Shown in pieces: positions 53,115 to 64,000 of a DNA stretch of 64,000 nucleotides. The first letter of the stretch is position 1. Every line of letters starts with the position of its first letter. The notes beneath the pieces were generated by a model. The model made no database searches. It had not been told where the DNA came from and saw nothing but the letters and a program-made list of their open reading frames with translations. The position numbers were made by a program, and so were the translations under genes. Source of the stretch: Raillietiella orientalis (taxonomy: Eukaryota); NCBI GenBank assembly GCA_036172245.1, contig JAYWIR010000023.1, positions 1,736,001 through 1,800,000 of the forward strand. Direction: 5' to 3'.

Positions 53115-56100
53115 CTTAGAAATTAGGTCAGCTTCACTAGTTGCTCACAATGCTACTCACCTGTCTCTAAAAGCTGATGATGTTGATTTTTTCTCTTTAT
53201 CTTTAAAAGAAAAAGGTTTAGCCACGAATGGAGCCGATCGTGATGACAAACCAGGAGATACTACATTGAAAGGTAAGCTAGATGACATAGGTTGACTGGC
53301 TGCAGATCTGTTGAGTGGCACGCTGGTCTTCATAGAGGTCTGCTGGGATGCAACCCAGCAGCCCTACTTTCCCTGCCACATCACTGCACTTACAGTCATC
53401 ACACGTTGCACAGGGAGGCGTGCAGTAGAAGCCATCCCTGTGGTGCCTGAAGGAGCCATCACTCTTATCTCGTTAGTTGGCATTGGTGTGCGAACCTATT
53501 TGACCATCAAATTCAGAAATGAATCTAGTGCAGACCTGTATCTGAGAAATCGCAGCAGGTAAAGGAACACTTGACACAGGAGGTGGACGTACTCCATCTA
53601 TGGTCAATTCTTTGGTGGCCAGAGCATACCGTAAATATGGCAAACTTCTCTGCATGAAGACATTTTGCATGGAATTATTAACAACGTTACCAAAAACCTG
53701 TACCTTTAAAAATGGAACCAAACATGGTTGTGGAGAAGAATTCAATTCCTTTTGTAATCTTGTCGTAAAGTCTTCTGTTTCCACTTTAGAATCAATTAAA
53801 CCTTGGATGAGATTCCGCACATTACAAGCTACTGGCTCAGGCTGTTCATTGGCAAGACGGAGCAAAGTTGAAAGAAAATTCTTGCATTTAACTTTAGCAG
53901 TTTCTGGTGTCATTTGCTGAAGACAGATATTCACCATCTTATTGCCCTTTAAAATACTAACCTGTGCTGCAACAGTCTGACCCATTTGAGAAGTGCTTGT
54001 AACAGACTGTGGCACAGGCGAATTTATAACCATATTTCCTTGAGAAGCCTGATTGGCTGGCTGAAAAATACTCTATAACAGCTGAATGCCATGTAAAGCA
54101 TCAAAAAAAATCTATACCGCTTGCTCACTAGCACCGGTCCCTTGCCCACTGCCACCAATCACAGTCTGCAACACTACTGAAGCCTTTGTGACATCAATCA
54201 AGACAAAATGCAGCAATTAGTGTGCGTTTACCCAACCAAATACAAAAAGCCATTTAAAGCTCAAGTGCACATGCATTACGAAAGCTCCATTCATTACATC
54301 AAGATACCAAAAACACAGAGTAAAGTATATATACATACAGGGACAGATACTGACTGCAATCGAAAAGTACCAGCAGTAGGACCTGCTGTAAGTGATGGAC
54401 CAAGGCGGACTAACTGATACTGACCATTTTCTGTTTTTACCAGAAAATGACCAGGTGTTCCTGCTTGAAATCCGGATAGAGTTTGAAGATTAATTTGCTG
54501 AAACCAGATTTTTTCGATCAAATTTAAATATTTCAGGATAATAGTCCACAAAAATTAATTAAATTATAAGTACAAAGAACAAGCACAAATGAAATCCTTG
54601 ATTTACAAACAAATAAAAAAACACAAAAATCAAACATTACTCCTGTATACAAAGAAAAGATCATTTCATTTAGAAATTACCATCGCCATTAACCTGTGCA
54701 ACTTCGAAGATATTCAACTTAAAAGACTACCGTTCACATTTTACCATGCACTCCATCCTAATCATATACTGCCATTTATGTATCATATAATGTTAGATAT
54801 CTTCATATGTACATTTAAACTTAACTTTAAGAAACATATATTTTAAAAAATATATAAGCACTTTTCAAATGCCCTTTTGCTTGCATCTTAAAATGTATGA
54901 ACAATAAACTCCCAAATTAAAACAAAAAAAACGATACTTTTGATTTTTTTTTTTTTTTTTTACATTCCTGTTCAGCATGTTTTGGTTGCCATGACTTCAT
55001 GCAAGTTTTGCCTCTCATGGGGGTATTTTAATTTGGATCATAAAATAACAAATAATGTTCCTTACTATGATAACTACTATCAATGAAGCTTTGCTTTAAT
55101 TTCAAGGGTACTTCAAGGATAAGTACAATACCAAGTTCTCAGTGTATTTATCACAAATAAGCTCAAGTTCTGTTCATATTATTTATTAGCAACCAGATCC
55201 TAATCATTGTTTTCAGACTATTAGATGCCACTTTTCTAATTAAAGTTCACTAGCAAGCCTCTTTTTCTATCAAGTTTGACCAGCACAAAAATGAAATGTG
55301 GAGTGGATTACCTTTCATACATCACTTTATACATACATGAATTCTTTCCTACTGCTATTTTTTCAAAATTATCCCTAATAGCAAGGTGCTTAGCTCACCT
55401 AATAATTATACATTCCAATAAGTATTTACATACAAAAACATAATTCTTTTGTGAAAGCATTAACCCCAAACAAATGAACATACGAGTATTAGGAAGCTAT
55501 ATTTACTCAAACTAACTTGCAGATACTTTAAGATTCAAATGATTAATAAAGACTGTTAATGCAAAAAAATAAGGTCAAAGAAAACAAAAGGAATGATGAT
55601 GGAAATACCAAGAAAAACAATTATACTGGAAAATAACTACAAAAATACAGATAATACAAAAAAGACTGAGCAAGAACTTCAGGAACATGGAGTACCATAT
55701 CTGGATAACCAGAGATACTACTCCATGTTCCTGAAGACCTGAGTTCCCTGAAGACTCCAAGTTCCGTGACACACACCTACAAAGAATACTTGCTGATCCA
55801 ATGTTTGGAGAAAACAACAAGGAATTCAAGTCTGAAAACACTACTTTGCCAAACAGCCTTCAGGATGAAATAAAGACAAAAATGTAGGTAACACAACTCA
55901 AAATGCATTGGCAATTCGATGCATCACAAAAGGTTGACTTATTTATTAAAAATAGATTACAATGGAAGCAACAAGCACATAACAATTTCAAAGTTTGATA
56001 TCAGACACTACTACTTTAACTGGAATACAGTACACAGATATATATGAAACCTATGACTTTGAATGTGAATTATGGATACATAATTAGAACAGAGATTTAA

Positions 56101-59100
56101 TAAAAGTTTTGGTAACTATTATTATTGCTGTTCACCAAATATTCAGATAAAGTTTCTTTAAATAATTATAAAATTAGTTCTAAAACCTTTACATACTTTA
56201 CTGAGTTGATTCTAAATTAGTATAAGAAATTGAATTCTCATATTTACTTCATTTTAAATAAACTAAACAGTTTGTAGACATATTTGAACAATAAATATTA
56301 AGACTTTTCAAACAGTACTTTTCTGTCCAACTAGAAATGCCCTTTTTTTGTGAGCATAAATAATTCTGGAAACAAAATTAGACATATGAAAATTGAATCA
56401 AAAGCAATAAAAATGTAGCTCAATCACCAGAATATTAATGTTTAGTCTACAAAAAATTAGAACCAAAAACCAAAAATATAATAAACATTTTTTATACTGT
56501 ATACAATGCTTTACATACACACAGTACAAATGTTTATTTAAATAAACAAGGTTGACAAAACTAATGATAGTTAACCTTGTTTGTTTTCTTCCTGCAAATA
56601 AAGTGAATGGATTTTCACATACTTTGTCCTATTTATGCTGTTTGATGGGATTTTTTGGAAGTTACACTCGACATATAAAATGAATGGAAAAAAAAAAAGG
56701 GAAAAAAGAATGATCACAACTATTAACAAAAGTTACAAAGAGGAACCAAAGTAAACACAATTTGGGTCCAATGTAATGCTCACACATCATGAGAAAAATA
56801 AAAAGGATTCATCCCAGATCTATTCATATGAGATAGAACATTAATACATTCTGAAACAGTATTTCCACATAGCACAGAGAACTACCAAAGAAATGTTTTG
56901 CTACATAACAAGACAGAAAACCAACATCAAAGGGAAAATAACAATGCTGCACTCTTTCCAAGTAAACTTTTTTCAAAACATTACTTAAAATAGACCAGAA
57001 GCAACAGAAAGAATTTCTATTCACTATTTCAAATAGTGTTCATCAAAAATGATTAGATTATTATTAGTCAACTTTCAACACATACTGCTCCTTCTCCAAC
57101 ATGCATCCTGCTTTCTACAAATTTTAATGACACAAATAGATACCAGCGGTCACTTTTCTTCAAACATATTTTCTGGCATTAGAGTTTATGTGCTATCTTA
57201 ATTTGAAACACACAAAAAAATTGCAAGGTTTTACCTAACTTTTCTGCATCCAATTGTTTCTTTACATAAATAAAAGAAACCAAACAGAACTAATAAACTA
57301 TCATTCTTGCTGAACATCATTTGTTTATGGCACTTTATTTCAGCTTACTATATTTGTACTTTTTTCCAAAAGAATCCAAAAAACCTTCCATAAAAAATTA
57401 TTAAGAGTACTGTGCATGTACACAATACTTGTATCATTCCTTACATCACAATTTTGTTGAAGCTCTCAATTTACATTTACAGCATTATACATATAAGCAC
57501 ACTTCAAAAACAAATTTTCTCTGCAAACACATAATTGAAAAGGTATTTTGGTTAGATTTGCTAATTTTATCTAACTATCCCAGAAATATCTCAACATGAG
57601 CTCAGATCTGTTAAAGCAAATTTATTTCTAGCTATACAAATTTCGTCTTGTTTCCTAAGTAAACTTTTTACAGTCCAATCCTACATTAACTGTTCTTTTT
57701 CATACATAAGAGTTCGGCAGTTTTATTTGCTGATTTAATAAATGATTTATTAAGAATTATTGAATAATTGATGGGTTACCTCCAACAGTGCTTCTCGCAA
57801 TACATTTGCTCTTAAAAATTAAGAGGTTTTCTCCATGAACACATAAGATTCCTCAAATTTTAAACTAATTCACAGATCTAAGATCAGACTCTTTCTTATT
57901 TAAAACACACACACATCCCACAAAAGAAAAAAAAATCATGCAATGCTTCACAACAGAACATTTTAATGCCCACAAACCTTCTTTGCAACTTAGCAGACAA
58001 TTCAACTTATTCAGTGCAAGTCAAGTTACTTAAATCATATACAATTTAGCGATTTTATTTTACCTAATTTTTAACACTTAAAGCCAGATTGCTTTAAATG
58101 GTATCAAAAGTAAAATAAGGTGTCATTTAAAGTTACAAAACTTTGGTTGTCATTTAAAAGTTTGGTAACTTTAAATTAAGCGATAGTCTTATAACTGAGT
58201 TTTCTTTTTAGTGGAATATGCAAGAAAAGGAGTCAGATACAAAATATTTTGTTGCTAAGAAGCTGACCTTTGCAAATTTTGCAAGTCACCCATGGAAAAT
58301 TAAAAATTGTGAATTTTTTTTCTTATTGCCGAGATTATTAATGATGTATGCATAATAACCTAAAAGCTCACAGAAGGATTCAAAGAAATATCGTTATCGT
58401 TAAGAAATATCGTTAAAGAAATAAGCGTTATCACTAAGGAACATGAAATTTGATGTTTGATATTGTTTCAAGATGCAAATTGTAACACACAATGTGCAGA
58501 TTTATTATAAAAAAATTCTGCTAAAACAAATCTTTGGAAATCCCCACATTATGCCTCTTAATGTGAATAACCTGCAATCTTGTTTGATTAAATGATGTAG
58601 TTAAATAATAACCGTTCTTAATGCAATCTCTACTTTTATCTATCATGAATTTACTGAAATTGTTCAAAAGAAACGTAAACAATAGTAATAACCTAAAAAA
58701 TTATAATAAAATATCTTGAATTAACAATAAATCCTTTATCGCTCCTTTAATGTGTAAACACTTTAGTGATCTTTGACTAAATCCTTGCATACAAAAATTG
58801 CTCAGCAAAACCATAAAAACTTTGGTAGGTTTGAAAGTTTTGTAGGTTTAAAAATCATTTTGCAGCCAACAAGCCAACAAATGTTCAAAACATTTATGCA
58901 ATTTCATTAAGACTTAACGAAAAGTAAAGAAAACTTTGAACTCTTTATGTAATGTACAGCTCCCATATGTGCATTCAGTTCACTCTGCAAATCAATTTAC
59001 AATGTGCTATTTATGATTTAATATCCACTCTATTAATAGAAAAAGTTTTAAAGGTTCTAAAAATTTACACAAATGTGAAAACTTCAACAAAATTTTGCCT

Positions 59101-60179
59101 GAGTGTCTCGCCAAGAAGCAGAAAAATGCCAAAAAAAGGGTACACACAAAAAACCTGACTTTATTGAAACCTAAGTCAACTACTCGTATTCTCATGAACT
59201 TAAATTATAATGAAACAGCTCAAAGCATAAAAATTAAAACCTTATTTTTACTCACTATTATGCAAAGCAAACCAAAGTCAATAAGTGAATAATTTATTTC
59301 ACTGTATAACTCTTAAACAAAGAAAAATTTCACATTAATAAATTCCTTTATACAAACCCCAGTTCCTGTGACCGCAGAACGTGATCCTGCCACTAAAGAT
59401 GAATTGCTAATGACAACTGTTGAAGGCATTGATTTCTGCGTAGATGAAACGGATGTTACTGTCGATCTTGTACTATTTACATTCAATATTTGAACTCCAC
59501 TTGGCAAAATATTTCCTGATGATGACTGGGTAGAATTTGAAGTTAAATTTGCGAGTGGGTTTGATAATGCACTACTTGCATTTGCTAACTGTCCTTGCTG
59601 TACATTACTTTCGTTCACTTTATTTAGCATTAAATTTTGCACAATACTAGAATTTGTATTGGATGGGGTTTGACCTCTTGCATTAAACTGTTGAATTGCA
59701 GTTGACAGATTACCATTTGGCAATGATAGCATAGTTTGATTAGCAAAGTTTCCAGAAACATTTGGAGGAATTTGGGAATGAGGACTTTCATATGGCCCAC
59801 TTGAATTACCACTACTTAAAGACTGTGAGATACTACTTTGAAGTGGATGCTGTATTTGGATATTCTGTACTTGGGAGTAATAATTATTTATTTGAACATT
59901 ATTTTGTAAAGAATTTGAAGACAGCAGTTTAGAATTATCAGAATTCACAACACATTCTGGGCTGTTGGGTATTATACCATTATGAGTCGTTAATGAACCA
60001 CCACCGGGGACTACACTACTTACATGATTCATTACCACATTTTGCTCTGAAGTATGGTGACTAGTAACTTGGGCTGTAGCAGACGCCAGCTGCGTTTCTA
60101 ATGAACCAACCAGAGCACTAACTGCTTTTTCATCAACGTCTTTTTTAAGTACATCTTCAATGAAATTCGCAGACGCCAT
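52185..60179 (-). CDS. TAF4: Transcription initiation factor TFIID subunit 4 (TAF4); 13 coding exons, 833 aa
   Basis: Manual GT-AG splice reconstruction with consistent phases. Exons: 60179-59358, 54497-54339, 54183-54118, 54060-53962, 53916-53704, 53649-53536, 53495-53394, 53342-53161, 53114-52948, 52902-52772, 52721-52539, 52491-52342, 52298-52185 (TAG); total 2502 nt. N-terminus MASANFIEDVLKKDVDEKAVSALVGSLE; TAFH/NHR1 domain (AKVKCKNFLSTLLRLA...LQKELNSSPQPCLVPFLKRSLPYLR); TAF4 C-terminal region and histone fold (DDDINDVAAMGGVNLLEESQKIL...LISHATQE...REANLTALQAIGPRKK...RIKRVSLRDLLFLLEQE). Exon 3 boundaries and possible extra exons in intron 1 are less certain. Confidence 0.96.
53536..54060 (-). 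CDS. TAF4: TAF4 exons 4-6 encoding the TAFH (NHR1) domain
   Basis: ORF 53473..54033 contains KCKNFLSTLLRLA...VRNLIQGLIDSKVETEDFTTRLQKELNSSPQPCLVPFLK, with 45-nt and 54-nt GT-AG introns inside the ORF. Confidence 0.93.
55677..55736. repeat. 60-nt hairpin in TAF4 intron 1 with a perfect 18-bp outer stem
   Basis: CTTCAGGAACATGGAGTA...TACTCCATGTTCCTGAAG, plus an inner TATCTGG/CCAGAGATA pairing around a 4-nt loop. Confidence 0.9.
58125..58176. repeat. 20-bp AT-rich inverted repeat (1 mismatch) in TAF4 intron 1
   Basis: ATTTAAAGTTACAAAACTTT...AAAGTTTGGTAACTTTAAAT with a 12-nt loop. Confidence 0.8.
58383..58432. repeat. Short imperfect tandem repeat (AAGAAATATCGTT-like, about 3 copies)
   Basis: aagaaatatcgttatcgttaagaaatatcgttaaagaaataagcgttatc. 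Confidence 0.7.
59358..60179 (-). CDS. TAF4: TAF4 exon 1 (N-terminal motif plus S/N/Q-rich low-complexity region)
   Basis: Within ORF 59313..60185; ATG at 60179 in AAAATGGCG context; donor GGG|GTTTGT at 59358/59357, phase 0, matching the exon 2 acceptor. Confidence 0.9.
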
Positions 60180-60220
60180 TTTCACAACGAGCCTTTCAAT
60201 AGACTAAACAGCGCATGCGT
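60174..60220 (-). promoter_or_regulatory. Putative TAF4 proximal promoter motifs: NRF1/Ewg-like GCGCATGCG and YY1/Pho-like CGCCATTTT
   Basis: GCGCATGCG at 60211-60219, about 30 bp upstream of the ATG; CGCCATTTT at 60174-60182 overlapping the start codon; locally CpG-rich compared with the gene body. Confidence 0.5.
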
Positions 60221-60650
60221 TAGGTTGTTGACATGACCATCTTTCCCATAATGCATTGTTATTACTATATATTTACTATCCTGCCAATTATGTTTAAAAG
60301 TATTTCGACCAACAAAGCTAATTGTATGCTGCTTACGTTACGTTGTTATTGCGTCAACGAGGATCAATTTTCGAGTCTTATTCAGTTAATCAAGACTAAA
60401 AACCAATTAAATCATGAGATCCGTAGGATCGTATTTTTCACGTAAAAGTAGTCGATATACGTTTTGTTAAAGCATAGCATTGTTAAAACAGCAGAGCAGT
60501 GCACGTGTTTAGGTCAAGTTATTGAGAGTGTTACAGAGATGAAAAAATTGAAAGGATTAAGCAGGAGATATATTTGTATGATGGAATTGAACAGTGATTT
60601 TGTCCTTTTACTTTATATATTCAGGGTTCCTTATTAGCCTAAGAGATTCC

Positions 60651-60656
60651 TTTATT
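60651..60656 (-). terminator. Candidate DEF8 polyadenylation signal (AATAAA)
   Basis: TTTATT on the plus strand about 185 nt downstream of the DEF8 stop and upstream of the TAF4 promoter. Confidence 0.4.
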
Positions 60657-60840
60657 TTCAAAATAATGATGTGAATCAAACTGATGGAAGCGCTACCGCT
60701 GTAATTTTGTTCAGATTCATTCTTTTCTCTTGCAATCAAATATTTCGATTACAATAAAAGAATACATACAAATTCATTTTGACAGCTACTATATTTCTGT
60801 GGGATGTAAATAGTATTTTAAATCATATCATACGTTTGGA

Positions 60841-62293
60841 CTAAGTTTTGGAACACGTTTTTGCTCTCTCCCGTCTTCTTTCACATTTTAAACATTTGTT
60901 CATTTGAACAAAGCATTCATAATGAGAAATATCTTTACATGTAGAACAAGTCTGGATTTTAGCATAGCCAAATGGATACAAAACTTCAGAACTGTGACAA
61001 AATTCACAGATGAATCCTTTTCCCTGACAAGTCTGAAGAGAATAGATATGGAATTAAAGAGATACTCAGCAGCTAACCTGGCAATCAAAACAAATATGTT
61101 GGGTAAAACGCTTGTGTATTCTCACACATCTTGCTTTCAGAGTACCAGAATGTAACTCTGTGAGATCATCCATAGAATAAAATTTAGAATTTGTCATGAA
61201 ATAAAAATCTTTCTTAAATTCATCCAGTAGACCCAGATTTTGAGCTACTTTGCACTGTTTCAAATACTGAGTCATGGCTGAGAAATCTTCACGATATTTC
61301 TATACACATATGTATAATAAATCTTTATCTTTTTCACCTCCTAACCTGTAGATCTTTTAATTCCTTGATGTAAACAAACAGTAAAGGATTAATTTTCTGC
61401 AATTCCAGTGTGGGTTTGGACCCCATGAGTCTGAGAAACTGAAAATCGGCTTTACAGACCAACCTGGGCACAAAATCCCAGTTATGGATTACTCTTGCTG
61501 GAATAATGGCTGTGTCATTCCAGTGGCACAAGTTACAAAAAAACAGGCCACAATAATCACATTGTCTTCCAGTGGAAGGATGCTCTAATGATGCAAGAAA
61601 TTATGGTACACAATATTAAACTTACTAATAGATAACTTAAACTTGCATTCAGCACACCTGAAATTCTGTTTGGATAAACCAACTTCTGGGCAAATTTGCA
61701 AATGATAAGGAATACTTTCATCAACTTTAGCTTTTGCACACCTTCGGCGAGTTGCTGATAAACATTCTGCATGACAAAAATATCCACATCCTTAAAGTGT
61801 AAAAACAGATTTATTTATACAGTGTCACTTTTAAAGATTAAACACCTTTACATATGTATAGTGAGGCTGGCTTCCATATAAGATAACCGCAGGTTTGACA
61901 AAACAACGATTCTCTGGATACTTTTGAGGAGGGGCAAAAATTATGCCCATGCAGATCACAGTCTTCATCTTTCAGTTCCTAAATTTTTTGAAGATGTAAG
62001 TATTCATGTGGTGTTTGTGTCCCATGCTTAACATAAAACTGTAAATTTATAAAATAAGGAAATATTTGAAAGATTATGTCTTATTATCAACGTCCCTATT
62101 TTACGCTTTACGCTGACAACAAAGGCTTTACCAACAGTGCTAAGCGTAGGTTTATTATTTTCTCAATGGTCAATCTTCTTGTCCCACTATTTTCTGATGA
62201 CCTTAAAATTACCTTCTTACAGTCATCAATATCTTCTTGCAATTCGTGCAGGCTTTTTGACATGGATGTTTTCCTGTGCAAGAGGTTCCACAT
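60841..62293 (-). CDS. DEF8: DEF8 homolog (C1 domain plus Rubicon-homology zinc-binding domain); about 370 aa, start codon uncertain
   Basis: Exons: 62293 (or ATG 62263)-62132, 61978-61846, 61790-61626, 61584-61346, 61299-61078, 61032-60841 (TAG); phases consistent. Motifs: SLHELQEDIDDCKKVIL...IINLRLALLELK; C1-like HGHNF...CQTCGYLIW...CKGCGYFCHAEC; ICPEVGLSKQNFRCAEC; RQCDYCGLFFCNLCHWNDTAIIPARVIHNWDF; HICFDCQTCQGKGFICEFC...LYPF. This order fits DEF8 rather than PLEKHM1 or Rubicon. Confidence 0.9.
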
Positions 62294-62384
62294 TTACCTG
62301 CATGAAAGTTGAAACTTTCTGACTCATTCCCCACATAAGAAAGCTCCAACTTGAACTACTTTAGCTGTGGATTTATTCGGTATT

Positions 62385-62408
62385 TATATATATATATATA
62401 TATATATA
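62385..62408. repeat. (TA)12 microsatellite
   Basis: Read directly; lies just upstream of the first recognised DEF8 coding exon. Confidence 0.95.
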
Positions 62409-64000
62409 CAGGCTTAAATCTTTACCATCATCATGTGGAATGACTAAATCAACCACGCACTACAACGTGAATGTAAAACTGAACAACCTTGCACTCTTGA
62501 CAAAATAGTGACCTCGGAATGCGGACTTCAATTTTTACAAACCCTACTACGATCTGCGAGAGCGCTTCAGGAAATAGCAAAGCTTAAAGCAAGAATATTT
62601 GTTAACTTTTCGTTTATATCAGTTACACATACAACATTTCATGATTCAGCACAAATATTTCAATTAACTATTGGTTGTTTCCAAAATCACTATTACTGAA
62701 AGAAAACCCATGAGTAAACCTAACATATACATACTGCAACAATCACCCTTAAAAATTGTTCGTACAATCAAAAGTAAACCCAAAATACAAAACACAATAA
62801 AATTTCCCGACAGAGAAGTATTCATTTGGGGACATTTACGATGATTCTGTAATTATGAAATTCTTTACTGAATTCCCTTCTTTCCTCACAAAACGTCAAA
62901 ACTGTATATCTTGAAAACATTTTATTAAAGAGAATCTAAGATCTGCGAATTATTTCCCTAAAAATAGTACATAAATAATTCTGTGGAATCGTTGTGTTCA
63001 AATCGCTTACAAATCATACGCAAGTCTAAACCAAAACTAATCTCCTAATATTCTAATAATATGCATTTTCCATGCAAAACATTGAATACAACCTTTAAGG
63101 AATTTCCCTTGCAAAGAAAAACTGTTTTATGGTTGTTGCTTTTATAAACAAACCAAAGAAATTTACGATAGGTCAAATAGTGCTATCATTTTATTGTAGT
63201 TGTAAAAAAGATACATCGTATATTAAAAAAGTATATGTTAATAATCTATGATCATTTTCTGCAAATTTCCATCCAATACTGTTATATCCAAAGAAACATT
63301 TCTTATTTTAATATTGGTGCAAATTGCTCTCTTCCTAGAAATGCAGACTGCTAATAAGTATTAACCTGTATTATTGTTAAAGTGATTTTTTGAATTGACT
63401 ACTAAATTTCAGCAGTCTTTAGAAGTCATGCCATCAGTAGTATGCTGAATTAATGATCTCAAGGAATTTACACATGCATTAACGGATTTCAAATAAACTC
63501 TAAAGAAATTGAACATTTTCATGATAATTCAGGAAATGTAAAATTCACGCCAAGAAGTTAGTATGCATTAGTAAAGATTCGAAAGAAACCCATAGACAGC
63601 ACAGTATATAGTCCGAAGGCTATGGAAATTTCATGGGGTCATTTAAAAGGAATGAAATTCAATGTACTACTCCAACTTAATTTAACATTACTTCCAAATG
63701 TTAGACCTTTCCATTGATAGCGGTACGAAATGTTAAAGGTACAGTGTTATAAAAAAATTATAAAAACAATATTTTTTTTAAATAAAAACTGATAAAACTA
63801 GCCTTCTAAAATGGACTGTATTCTATGATGAAATATTCTTTAAAACGAAAAACAAAGGACGAAAAATAATGTGACATCTTATGGCACGCATAATTTTTAC
63901 CGTCTTGTACACAGTAAATCTCAAAATGCATTCATTCGTACTCATGCACCGATATATTAACAATTTAATTAACAGTAGGGTTTTGACCGACTATGGACAT

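Noticed and set aside
55575..55841. Minus-strand ORF in TAF4 intron 1 as an extra exon
   Set aside because: No TAF4-like sequence; exons 1 and 2 already join in phase.
1..64000. CRISPR arrays, prokaryotic operons, rRNA/tRNA genes, conserved miRNAs
   Set aside because: No regularly spaced repeats or RNA-gene signatures; spliced genes show the DNA is eukaryotic; I noticed no match to conserved bilaterian miRNAs that I remember.

Overview
Eukaryotic (invertebrate, arthropod-like) nuclear DNA, not prokaryotic: I see no operons, rRNA, tRNA or CRISPR arrays. The window has three zones. (i) About 1-35 kb is GC- and CpG-rich with no convincing protein-coding gene; the many ORFs in the track are low-complexity (R/G/P/S-rich) chance ORFs. 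(ii) About 35-51 kb is intermediate to AT-rich and holds decayed transposon pieces: a Ty3/Gypsy pol remnant, the 3' end of an L1/Tx1-like LINE with a zf-RVT motif, a BEL/Pao integrase remnant and a Tc1/mariner-like end. (iii) About 52-62.3 kb is AT-rich and CpG-poor and carries two intact minus-strand genes in tandem, reconstructed by hand: TAF4 (13 exons, 833 aa) and DEF8 (at least 6 coding exons, about 370 aa). Most introns are 40-57 nt. The best leads are structural: a pre-miRNA-sized hairpin in TAF4 intron 1, a ~130-bp inverted repeat pair at 28.3-29.0 kb, several near-perfect short hairpins, a U6-snRNA-5'-like fragment inside a hairpin, two diverged copies of one LINE 3' end, and a CpG pattern suggesting gene-body methylation. 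I cannot support a claim of a wholly new multi-gene system. All family calls come from remembered motifs, not database searches.
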